Shown piece by piece: positions 21,288 to 32,079 of a stretch of DNA of 64,000 nucleotides (position 1 is its first letter; every line of letters starts with the position of its first letter). This DNA comes from Prasinococcaceae sp. CCMP 1430 (taxonomy: Eukaryota > Plantae > Prasinodermophyta), in assembly GCA_013416795.1 (NCBI GenBank), contig RQSC01000031.1, positions 343,984-407,983 on the forward strand, in the 5' to 3' direction. The notes beneath the pieces are model-generated. The model searched no databases. It saw nothing but the letters and a program-made list of their open reading frames with translations, and was not told the DNA's origin. A program made the translations under genes and the position numbers.

Positions 21288-24200
21288 ATGGAGGCGCAGC
21301 AGCGCGTTCGGGAGCTCCTGAAAGCGGAGGCGCAAGAGGGAGACGAGGAGAGCGACGAGGTGATCTCCGACGACTTCTTTTCGAGCCAAACCTTGCGCAA
21401 GAGGCCGTGGCGTCGCTTGCTCCTGGTGTCCAACCGCACCAAGGCACACGAGGTCTTGTGCGACGCCTCCAGGAGCGACGTCGGCGTGGTGCCCTTTGAC
21501 TTCGAAACGATGTCCCTGGACGACGTGCTTTGGCTGGCTACGAGCAAGATGCAGGGTTTCAGAGCGGATTCGATCGCCTTGATCGCACCGAGCAAGCCAG
21601 GAGCCATCGGTACAGTGAAGGGCTCGCGCACCACCTTTCGAAGCCTTCGGCGCGCGGAGACAGTCGATTTCTGGACCGGCATTGCTCATCTCTTACAAGA
21701 GGCAACCAACGGGGAACAGGCTGCGCAGGAATTCCGAGCCGTGCACCTCCTCACGACAGATGTTGCTGGATCTGCGGACGGGCAGCGCCTCATTGCCTCT
21801 CTTGAGGCGTTGGTGCAGGTGCCCATTCTCGCCACAGATGACATCTTGAACGCGAGAAGGCTCGCGATCGACACCGAGGGCGCGCGCGTTGCGAGGCTGT
21901 ACTTCAATTTCACAAAGCTTCTCCAGTGGACGCTGCTTCCCGATCTGTCGAAGCTCGCGCGTGGCGACCATGCGACGGGCGAGTCCGTGAAGACGATGGG
22001 ACGCGCGTACGTAATGTATCAGCGCAGACGGCAGCAGCAGGTTCTGAAAGAGGAGCAACGCGTGAGGGACGGGCCTGGATCACCCCGAGCGGGCGCTGCA
22101 TCCTCGGAGGGCAAGCCAAAGTCACAGCGATCCATGAAAGAGATCGAGTCAAAGGCCGCCGAGGCTCTCGGCCTGTCTCACAGCCCGTTGTCTGCAGGGT
22201 CGGCGCAGTCCACAGTGCGCGCAACGCCAAAGGCGCGCGCACAGGGACCAGGTTCTGCAGCTGGAGCTGGCGCGGGTACTGAGGATGCGCGCCCAGAGCG
22301 CGCAGCTCGCGCACCCGGTACGCCCCCCTCGGGCCGGTCGGTAGATCTAGACGCGGCTCCTTCCGGTGGCGACGCCGATGTTAACCGCAATGCCGGCAGT
22401 GCGCCTTTGGCGCAGAGCCTGACGGAGCGGTTCGCACACCTTCGTGTGCGTGTGGGGCGATCCGCTAGTGGCTCGGCAACGCAAGATTCGACGACACCAC
22501 GAAGTGTTGGCACCGACACGCTCGCTGTTGAGTCGAAGGGCCCCATCCACAGTGCCAAGCTGAAGGAGAGCCTCGGCCGCCTCCGCGAAAGCAGGCAGCT
22601 TATTCTCGGCTTGGGCGGCGGCGCAGGCCGCGGCCAGGTGGCCAAGGCGCGCTACGGCAGCCTGACACTGGGCCTGGACATGCCCATGGACGCATTTGCT
22701 TCCGGCATTACGCAGGACTACTTCCTATCGGAAATTGCAGCGGAGATCGAGTGTCGCAGAGAGCGCCTCCGAGTTGCCAAAGTCACCGAAGGACTCAAGG
22801 TGAAGGTGCGCATCATGGACGCTCCAGGCGACACACCGATCGGTTTGCTTGTGAAGCGGTTCGTGGACAAGTTGGATACCAACACCCTGCTCATTGATGC
22901 CGAGTTTGGCGAGTTGCTGCTGTTCAAGCACAAGGTCCCACCCGATGCGAACGCGTCACCAGGGAAGTCGCCCACGGAGGTGCACGCACCAGCTCTGCTC
23001 GGCACGAGCATGCTTACGTCCGCAGATCAAGCCCAGGGGCCGGCGGGCTCCGCGTTAATTACACGACTGCTGCTCCTCAGCGACCGCAGAGTGAATGCCG
23101 ACCAGCTTGCCGACGCCACACAGAGCGATGTGGCAGTGGTGCGCTTCAGCTGGCGTGACTCGCACCTCGAAGGACTCTTGTACGATATCCGCAACCAACT
23201 TTCCGGCTGTTTGGTGCAGTCCATTGGGTTGGTGTCGCACTGGAAGCCCGGTGCGGTCGGCCTCATCAAGGGCAACCGCTTCGTGTTGAAGAATCTCGCC
23301 AAGGCAGAGCTTCGCTTTTTCCTCAGCGAGCTAGCGCAGTCGCTTTTACCTGGTGGCTGCATTGACATGTTCTGCGTGCCCCCGAAACACATGGACAGGG
23401 CCACCGACGACGTATGCCGTGCGCTCGAGGACATCATGCACACGGATTGCAACCGCACCAACGCGCTCTCCGCGCCTGCCCCCGGGAGCGAGCTCGAGTG
23501 GGCTGCGTGGGCCTCGACTCTCCCCAAGCAGGCTAGTATGATGTTGAGTTTCTACTTTGAGGAGCAGAGCCTGGTCGAATGGAAGATGGCAACACCTGAG
23601 GCCTTCGAACAGAAGGTCGGCGGCGGTCGTGGCCTGTCCCCCGGGCTCGGTATGCCCGACATGCTGCAAGCGGCCAGAGCGGCAATGCGGGCGCAGTGCA
23701 TCGGCGCGGAAAGGGACGAAGAAAAGGCAGAGAATGCGACCGCTGGGACTGCTGACAGGACTGGGTTCGGGCCCGGCGGAGCTCGGGTGAGAGGCAGCTT
23801 CGAGAAGGTGCACATTCCTCGCATCGCCATCCCGCGCGCTGCTGCGGGTGGGCTTCACCGCGCGCGCGTTGAGCGCTCGACGCTGAGGGCTAACGGCGAC
23901 ACTGATGACGATGACGATCCGACTGAACTCATTGTGCCGAGGTTATGCCTTCCCAAGCAAGAGGAGGATGAGTGGACGCCGCTGCGGGCCCCGCGTGAGA
24001 TGGGGCGTGATCTTGGGGTACGTCCTGGCGCACTCTCTCTCTCCTTTGAATGTATTGGAGCGCGCGCGCGCGCGCGCGCGCGTGGCGCTTTTGACTGCCG
24101 CGCTGACCCCCACGTCCCTCGCCGTCCATCCCCACTGACCCACCTTTGCCCCCATCTCTTCGTCTACATGCACTTTTCGCGCCGCGCAGGTCGTCGACAC

Positions 24201-24342
24201 TTCGGAGGGCGATGGCGACGAGGCACCGCCCAATCGCGAGGAGACCCTCAAGGAGGGCATGGGCGCGGCCGGGCAGCACGGCTGGGACATGGACGCAAAT
24301 CTGAGGCGACTCTCGCTCGAATCAACCGGGCTAGGCATGTGA
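21288..24342 (+). CDS. Protein with two repeats of an ECT2L/NSMF (DUF4347-like) domain; intron 24018-24189
   Basis: Internal duplication: LLLVSNR...DVGVVPFDF...ADSIALIAPSKPGAIG versus LLLLSDR...DVAVVRFSW...VQSIGLVSHWKPGAVG. Confidence 0.6.
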
Positions 24343-24753
24343 CGACGAAGCGCTGTGTGTGATATTACTGTACTGTACAATGTGTAAACTCACTGTTTGA
24401 ATGACTCACAAGCTGGCGCAGCACCAATCGCTGGGCGGGTTGTCGCGTAGCACTCTGCTTGCAACGTGCACAATGGAGCTCTCACCGACCAGCCCCTGGA
24501 GCTGCGCTCTTTCTTCCACCGCCCAGATGAGATCAAGCCCCCCCTGCTGTTTCTCAACGTTGATGCCAACAGCACTCCCTGGTCAGGCATGTGCACGCGG
24601 CGCGGCGTGCGGTGACGGGCGCGCCGCTGCTTTGCCGCTGCGAGCGGCCGGCCAGTCGACGTACACGCGTGCGGGCTCGAAACGCATGCGCCGATCCGAC
24701 TGCACGCACAAGTCATAAGACGCCCTGCCGCGATTGAATTTCGCGCTCGAGCG

Positions 24754-25542
24754 TCAGGCGAGGGCAGCCGCGACCGCGAGCTCAACCGCGAGCTCGTGCT
24801 GTAGCGCCAGCCACTCCGCCCACACTGAGTCCGCGAAAGCGGCGAAGCTTTCGTCCGCGAGGGCGGCCACGATGGCAGCGCGCAGCGGTGGCGTGCGCGC
24901 AGCGGGCGGCTCCGGCGGCAGCGGCGCACGATGGGAAGGCGGCGCTCGTGCGCGCGCGAGACGCGCGAAGAGCGCGGCCTGTTCGGCACACAGAAACTTG
25001 AGGGCGAAGCGGCGGCTCGTTGGTTCGTTGCACGCGGGCACGGCGCCGACATCGATGACCATGGCCGCGCCTGAGACGATAGTGACCTCGACGCCACGGC
25101 AGTCGTGCGCCTCGACCAGCGCAGCGGTCCCGTGGCCCTCGCACGCGAGGATCTGCTCCGCGCTCATGCTCTCACCAATCCCTCGGCAGCCCGTGGACTG
25201 CGCAACCTTGAGAGCCGACGCGGTCGCAGCAGCGCGTGCCTTGCCAGTGCCGGCGCGCTTCGACAGCCCCTTCACAGTCCCGAGGGCAGCCGTGATCACA
25301 ACTGAGCGCCTCCCCGTCGCACGGTCCTGCAGCACGCGCACGCGCACCGGCTGGCGAGCCTTGAGCCACCCGCGTCGAGCGCCCAAAGTACCCCCCGTGC
25401 ATTCGTGCTCGCCAGCGGCCTGCTCGGCCGGAGCGCAGGGTGCGCGGCCGAACGCCGATGCATACTCGACCCCCGCCGCCGAGAAAACAATCTCGTGCGA
25501 CGGGGCGTCTGGCACGAGTGCCCTGCCCGCTGCGTCCGCCAT
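24754..25542 (-). CDS. REC114: Probable REC114/PHS1 meiotic double-strand-break factor
   Basis: N-terminal VEYAS, SRRFALKF strand ending a PH-like domain, and C-terminal LRAAIVAALADESFAAFADSV helix resembling the REC114 C-terminal motif. Confidence 0.6.
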   Translation of the reverse strand: MADAAGRALVPDAPSHEIVFSAAGVEYASAFGRAPCAPAEQAAGEHECTGGTLGARRGWLKARQPVRVRVLQDRATGRRSVVITAALGTVKGLSKRAGTGKARAAATASALKVAQSTGCRGIGESMSAEQILACEGHGTAALVEAHDCRGVEVTIVSGAAMVIDVGAVPACNEPTSRRFALKFLCAEQAALFARLARARAPPSHRAPLPPEPPAARTPPLRAAIVAALADESFAAFADSVWAEWLALQHELAVELAVAAALA

Positions 25543-25835
25543 CTGTGTGGATCCCCGCCCCTGCCACCTGCCGTGCGTGCCGTGCCCGAGCGAGGAGAGG
25601 CCGCCTGAGGGAGCGCCCCTCCCCGTGCCCACGGCGCGGCCGAGCGCCGCCCCCGTCCCTTTTCTCCTCCTTCCCTCCCTCTCCTCCCCCCTCTCCTTCC
25701 CTTCACTCGGTTCTGTTGAACTTCCCACCCCGCGCGCTCGCACTTCGCGTCCGCGCCCGACGCCCCGCGCGCGGTGTGGCGCGTCCGCGCACTGCTCCTG
25801 CTTCGCCGCTGGCGCGGCGGCCGCGCCACAAATAA

Positions 25836-28800
25836 ATGTCGCGTCTGCCGTGCTGCTGCAGCGGCCAACTTCGGAATTTCCGGCAATTCGAATCCGCGCA
25901 GGGAGGCGGTCGTTGGGCCGCGCTCCCGTTCCCCGGGTCATCACCGCCTGCCTGTGCTCCCGCGCGCGCGGCGGCAGGTGCGCCAGGGGCGGGCCGGCCG
26001 GGGCACGCGGGCAGGGCAGGGCCGGGGAAGCGAAGAGAGGGGAGGCACACGTGCGCCGCGCGCCGCGCGCCGCACGCCGCGGGGTGGGCGACGCCAGCGG
26101 CGCGGCCGCGGGGGGTGCAGGCAGCGGCCGCAGCGGCGCATACCGCCACGGCAGCGCGCTCCGCCATGTCGATGATGAGGGGGAGGGCGAAGAGAGACGG
26201 GACTACTCGGGCTACGTCTACCAGTATGCCGACAAGGACGACGCGGGCGCCTCGGCACTCACGGACGATCCCGGGCCGCGCCCGTCGTCCTCGCGCGGTA
26301 GGTCCAGCAGGGGAAGCGTGACGAGAGGAATCGCCGGCGCCGCGCCAATCGCGATGGCGACCGCAAGCCTTGCTGGCAGCTTTCCACCCACCAAACGCGC
26401 CAACGTGGGCAAGGTCGCCTCGGTGCTGGAGCCTGTTGCGCAGCGCAGTCTCGGCGAAGCCGGTGCCGGCGTGGCTGTCGGCAGCCGCGAGTGGCGGTCC
26501 CTTCGCGGCATTATCGGCTCGAGCGACAGCGATGGCGAGGCGGCGCGTGCCGAGGCGCGCCCGCGCTCGGCGCTGAGGCCGTCGCCGCACTCGGCTTCGC
26601 CTCGGCTCTCGACGCCCTCGTCAACCGTGGAGGGCAGGGCCCCGCCTCAGGCTCCGAGGAATGAGCCGCGTCTGCCGCCCTCGCTCGCGGCGCTCCCAGC
26701 TGGGTCGGTTGCGCGCGAGGCAGCGCTCGTCGCTCTGATCGACGAGTACGAGTCCGCCGTCGAGGGGCTGGCGGCTGACCGCGAGCTGCTGAAGAGCGAG
26801 GTCGCGCGCGTGCTCGCCCTCGAGCGCGAGCGCTGCATACAGCTAAAGTCGGAGCGCGCGGAGAGGGAGGGCTTAGCCGAGCAGATGCGCGAGCTCAAGC
26901 GCGCTGTGCTGCAGGGCACCGGCGCGGAGTCTGTGGTCGACCAGCTGCGCTCCGAGAACGGCGTGCTCAAGCAACGGCTGCAGGAACAAATAGAAGACGA
27001 CGCCGGCGCGCGCCAGCGAAGCACCATCGCCGCCGCGCGCCGCGATGTTGAGAGAGGCGACGCGGGCATGGCGGACGGCGGCGAGGACACCCGTGCAGCG
27101 CTCCAGGACGCGCGACGGCGCAACCAGGAGCTGCAAAAGGAGAACGCCATGCTGCAAGAGCGCGCGCTGAAGCTCCGCAGGCAGCAGCTGGTGCAAGATC
27201 AGGCCGTCGCTGCGAATGCCGCTGCAGTGCGTCGCGCTGAGGATGCGGAGGCGCGCGCGAGCGCGGCGGAGGCGTCTGCGAAGGCCGCGAACGAGGAGGC
27301 AAAGGCGGCGCTCGCTCACAGCGCGGACCACACGTCGTCGGTAGCCCGCGAGCGAGAGGACGACAAGGCGCAGCTCTGCTCTCTCGAGGCTAAGCTTGCG
27401 GCTGCGCTGTCGGACCTCCAGGCCGCGCAGGCAGACAGCATCGCCTTGCGCGAGCGCGCTGAAGCGGACGTCGGTGCGCGGAAGGAGCTCGAGGAGATCA
27501 ACGAGCGCCTCGTGGAGGAGGCGCTCGCTTGCACAAACCTGGAGAGAGACATGCAGCGAGAGGCTCAGGCGCTTCGGGAGCAGCTGCAGGCCGCTGAGTG
27601 CGCTCGTGATCAGGCGTTAGAGGCGCGCGCCGAGTGTGATGCGAGATGCTGCGCCGCCGAGCGGGAGATCGACGGCATGCGCGAGAGGCTCGTCTGCGCG
27701 GAGAGAGACTCAGCGCAGACGGCTGAGACGCGCGTGAAGCTCGCTGAGGCAGACGCGGCGGTGACCGCGGCGAAACGAGAGCAATGGAATCTTCAGCTCA
27801 AGCTCGAATCCGTCGCTCCCGAGCTCGCCAGGCTGGAAGAGGTCGCCCGGGAGGGGAGGATTGCCGCAGAGCGCGCAGAGCGCGATGCGGAAGACGCACG
27901 CGCAGAGTTGGCATCGGAGTTTCGAGAGCGGTTGCGCAAATTGCACTCCGACTCCGACGCGATGCGGGACGAGCTGAACGCCCTGAGCGCCGGCGCGACC
28001 AGGCAGGCCGCCGCGGCGCGTGCGCAGGCCGCAGAGGTGGCCCGGCGCGCAGCTACCGACGCAAGGCGCGCCGACGTCGCCGAGCAGCGGTGCATTGATG
28101 CGAGCGCCAAGCTCCAGCAGCAGGCTAGTACACTTCAGGAGACGATCGACACCCTCACGAGGGAGAAGGATTCTCTCGTCCGTGAGGTCAATGTGCGCTC
28201 GCAGGAGCTCGTGGACGAGCGCGGCGAGGGCGAGGCAAAGCGTCGCACGCTCACCAAGCGCGTCGAAGAGCTGGAGCGTCTCCTCTACAACGCTACCAAG
28301 GAGAAAGAGGAGCTGATGGGCACTTTTCGCACCGAACGCAACGCTTGGAGTGATAGGCTGCGCGAGAGCAAGCTCAAGGTCGCACGGGAGGAAGCTGACC
28401 GCAAGAGCGCCGTAGCAGATATCGAGAAACAGCGCGACAGATCGAGCGAGAGAGCCGCCGAATTCGAGCGCGCTCTGCACGCGCAGCAGGCTGATTACTC
28501 TCGGCTCAAGGCTGAGCTGGACACGCTGGACCGGCAGCTCAAGGACGCGACCAGGGAGGCTGCGGACGCCAGGCGCGAGGCCACCCGAGCCAAGGCGGAC
28601 GCGGACGCAGCGAGAGCAGAGAGGGCAAGCGCCGTCGCGATCGCAACGCAGCCGAAAGAGCGCTCCACTTCGAGCTCGGGCGCAGCTCGCGGCGACGCGC
28701 TCTCGCCGCGTGCGTCGCGTGGCAGCCAAGCGCCCATTGAGTCCGACCGCACGAGCGGCGGTCTCGCCGACGCGTACGCGGTGCCGGCCCGTCACGAGGA

Positions 28801-29467
28801 CCGCGCGTACGTGCCGTCCGGGCCCCTCAACCCGACACATCAGGCTGCGTTGGCGTCCGACCGCTCGCAGACGAGTGCAGACGGCCCGGGCGCGCACTTC
28901 TCCTCCGAGCACGCTGCACCGTACGCACCTGCCTACGGGCAGGTGCACTCCCCCCACCACACCAATGCGCCCGCCCGCCCCTCGCTGAGCGTCACGCCGC
29001 ACGGTCCGACCGCCCACGTTCCCCAGTACGCCCCTCCGACGCCCTCCGTGGCCGCCTCCGTGAGAGGTCATGCCGGCACGCCTGGATACGTGCCTTCGGG
29101 GGCATCGCAGTACGCGCCACCCCCACCCTTCGTGCCCACAGGTTCGGGCTCTGCAGCCGCAGTTGCGCACGCGATGGCGAGCGCGCGGAGCGTGGGCTCA
29201 TCCGCGCCTAGCAGCGCCCGGCTCGGCAGCTACGCGCCGCCGCCGAGCGCCGCGCAAGTCGCGCCCAGCATGGGCCCGTACGCGCCCGCTTCGGAGTCCT
29301 GGGGAGCGCCCGGTCAGTTTGCTCACCGGCCCGCGGCTGCGCAGTTCTCCGCCAGGAGCGTCGGGAGCGCCGGCGGATACGAGCCCCCGGGTGGCGCCTC
29401 GTTCGCGCCGCCTCCGCATGCCTCCACGCCTCCGCACGGCATCGCGCCGCTCAACCTGATTGGATGA
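25836..29467 (+). CDS. Large coiled-coil protein with Pro/Ala/Tyr-rich tail; start uncertain (25836-26353)
   Basis: About 650 aa of E/R/A/L heptads in a long ORF with coding-like codon pattern. Confidence 0.7.
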
Positions 29468-29500
29468 GGCGCGCAGGGTGTGCAAACATTTATAAAGAAA

Positions 29501-30505
29501 TTATCGCTCCAGGCGCGGCGGCAGCACGGGCAGCGCGATCTCCGCGGCGCGCTCCGAGAAGCACAGCGCACTGGCGTCGACGAGAAGCTTGGACACGTCG
29601 ATCGATCCAGCTATGCCCTGCACGAGCTTGAGCATTTCATCGAAGTCCAGACCGTTGCTGATGATGTCGCGCTTGTGCCACCTCAGCACGGCGACGCAGC
29701 AGAACAGGACGAAGTCGTCGCGCGGCCCGCTCCAGAGCGCGTCCCAAAACCGCAGGACGTCGCCATAGCGCAGCTCGCGCTTGAACAGGCACAGCACCCA
29801 CCGGAAGGCGAAGAAAAAGTTCAGGCAGTCCGCGTTCGCCAGGTGGTCGTGCAGCGCCGGGTCGAGCACCTGCAGCATGTTGCTCAGGTGGCGCAACTTC
29901 ACGTGCATGCCGGTCTGGTCCGCGTCGAAGTTGCTGCCAACGATTTGCATCAGGCGATCGAAGCACCAGAACGTCTCGCTCTCGATGTCGTCGGTGCCCT
30001 CGTCGCCCTCGCCCACCAGGCACTCGGATCCGGCGAGCACCACGATCAGTGGCGACAGCAGATCGGACATGCCCTGGCAGTAACCGAGATCGAAGTTGTA
30101 CATCAGGTACGACATCAGAATCCTCTTCATCATCTTTGAGTACTCCGAGTTGTCCGCCTTGAAGAGCGGGTGGCGACGATCGGTGCGAGGGACGTCCTTG
30201 TCGATGCGATGTTTCATGTCGCGGAAGCCGGACCAGCGCGACTCCTGCGCTGGGGAGACGGACTGCCACTGGCCGCGCAGCGCGAGGTACTCGCGCCTGC
30301 GGCCGGCGCGGGCGGCGTGGAGCTCCTCCGCCGTGTCGTCCGGCGAGTGGAGCCCCAACAGGAGCGGCCACGCCATGGCGCGCACCTCCGCAGCGATGCC
30401 ACCCTTGAACGCGCGGTCTCGCAGCGCGTCGATGTCAGTGAGCCTCCCGCTCGGGTCCAGCATCGCCTCCCACTCGCTCAGGCCGAGCGGCGGGGGCGGG
30501 GGCGG
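29501..30505 (-). CDS. TBC1D15/GYP7-like Rab GTPase-activating protein; N-terminal half absent
   Basis: IDKDVPRTDR, GYCQGMSDLLSP, FFFAFRWVLCLFKREL; homology extends upstream of the Met as PPLGLSEWEAMLD. Confidence 0.88.
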   Translation of the reverse strand, partial: PPPPPPLGLSEWEAMLDPSGRLTDIDALRDRAFKGGIAAEVRAMAWPLLLGLHSPDDTAEELHAARAGRRREYLALRGQWQSVSPAQESRWSGFRDMKHRIDKDVPRTDRRHPLFKADNSEYSKMMKRILMSYLMYNFDLGYCQGMSDLLSPLIVVLAGSECLVGEGDEGTDDIESETFWCFDRLMQIVGSNFDADQTGMHVKLRHLSNMLQVLDPALHDHLANADCLNFFFAFRWVLCLFKRELRYGDVLRFWDALWSGPRDDFVLFCCVAVLRWHKRDIISNGLDFDEMLKLVQGIAGSIDVSKLLVDASALCFSERAAEIALPVLPPRLER

Positions 30506-30510
30506 CGAGG

Positions 30511-32000
30511 ATGGTCGCCGGCGCCGCCGCGCAGGCGTTCGAGTGGACGACGGTGGCGCTGATCGCCGCCTGTCTCTCGTTCCTGCTGGGCGTGGCGCTG
30601 GTGTCGGCGCGCGCGCACGTGTCCATCCGCCGCTCGAGCCCCGAGCTCATGGACTTCGACGCGCTGTGGTGGGCGCGCTGCGCGCTGCAGCTGGCGGCGC
30701 TCGCGTGGGCCGCCGCGCAGCTGCTGCCGCTGCAGGTGCTGTGGGGCACGCCGGGCCTCTTCTCCAGCCTGACGCCCGCGTGGCAGTCCAACCTGTGCCG
30801 CGTCTATCTCATCCTGTCCTTCGGCGTCGCCGAGCCGCTGTTCATCACGCTGGCGCTGCTCGTCACGCGGCGCGCCGTCGCGCTCTCGCCGGCGGTGGCG
30901 CAGCGCTCGGCGGCGCGCCTGGTGTACGTCTCGCTCCTGTACGCGCTGCCCATCTGCGTGGTGCAGACGGCCATCGCGCTGTACGACCTCGGCGACAACC
31001 CGGTCGAGGGGCCCATCGACGACAATCTCAGCGACGACTTCGTGCACAGCTTCCAGTACGGTGCGGTCTCGCGCCCTCCCCACCTTCCCCCCCACCCACA
31101 CTCGACACCCGCTGGCCTCGCCGTTCCCGACCCCCGCCTCGCCGACCCCTCCGCCCCACCGCCTCGCGCCTCGCTGACCCCCACTACACCTCGCTGCCCC
31201 ACGCCACCACCAACAACAACAACGACAACGACCGACACGACCACACACACCCCCCAAAAAAAACGCACGCACGCACGCACGCGCGCGGAATGCGCAGGCT
31301 TCTGCTCCGGCGCGGAGGGCACGGACCAGTGCGCCGCGCCGCCCTCCCCCCCCACCCAAGCAGGCCAGAAGCTGTTTACCCCTCCCCTCCAGGGCACCTC
31401 CTCCCATCTGTCGCGCCAGCAGGCGGGCGACGGCGACTGCCCCGAGGGCGGCAGCGGCTGCTGCTGCGCGTTTTGCACGGTGCCGCTCTTCTCGACCATC
31501 GCCAGCGCGGTGCACGTCCTGCTGTGGCTGGTGGGGCTGACGCTGGTCTCCATGCAGCTCGCGCGGCTCGTGGTCAACCGCGCGCTGCTCAAGCGGCTGC
31601 GCACGCTGCAAATTCTGCTGAGCGTGTCCCTGGTGGCGGGGCTCTGCGTGCGGCTGGGGCGCGCGTTCACCACGCCGGGCTCGGCGGGGTCCACCACGCT
31701 CGGGCTGGTGTACGCCGGCTGCGTGATCGTCGCGACGGTGGGCGGCGTGGTCATCCTGGCGCTGCGGCCGGTGATGGACGCCACCGCGCTGGTCGGCGTG
31801 CTCCGCCGCGAGGACGCCGAGCAGCGCCTGCTCTCGGGGTCGGGCTTCGTCGGCGAGACCCCCCTGCGAGGGCCCGACTGGCTCGCGCTGGCCGACCCGG
31901 ACAGCGCGCCCGCGAGCGCCAGGGTGCAGCCGCGGGGCGCCGACGGCGACGCGGAGAAGGCGGCGGGCGAGGGCGCGGCGCGGCAGGAGGCGCGAGTGGC
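30511..32000 (+). CDS. Multi-pass (~7 TM) membrane protein of a plant-conserved uncharacterised family; intron 31061-31297; no stop codon before the LRR gene
   Basis: WQSNLCRVYLILSFGVAEP, CTVPLFSTI, RLVVNRALLKRL, RPVMDATAL; several hydrophobic helices. Confidence 0.7.
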
Positions 32001-32079
32001 GCGGCGCCCGCGGGGGGGCCGAGACCCTCGCCGCGCCGGAAAGAAAGCGCCGCGCGCCGCTCGCCCCGGCGGCGCGACC

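Noticed and set aside
20814-21689. N-terminal extension of the 1376-aa kinesin ORF overlapping the neighbouring gene
   Set aside because: Antisense shadow of the plus-strand gene and promoter; the likely start is 20813
24734-25835. First ~370 codons of the 1577-aa ORF
   Set aside because: Antisense to the REC114-like gene, with non-coding-like composition
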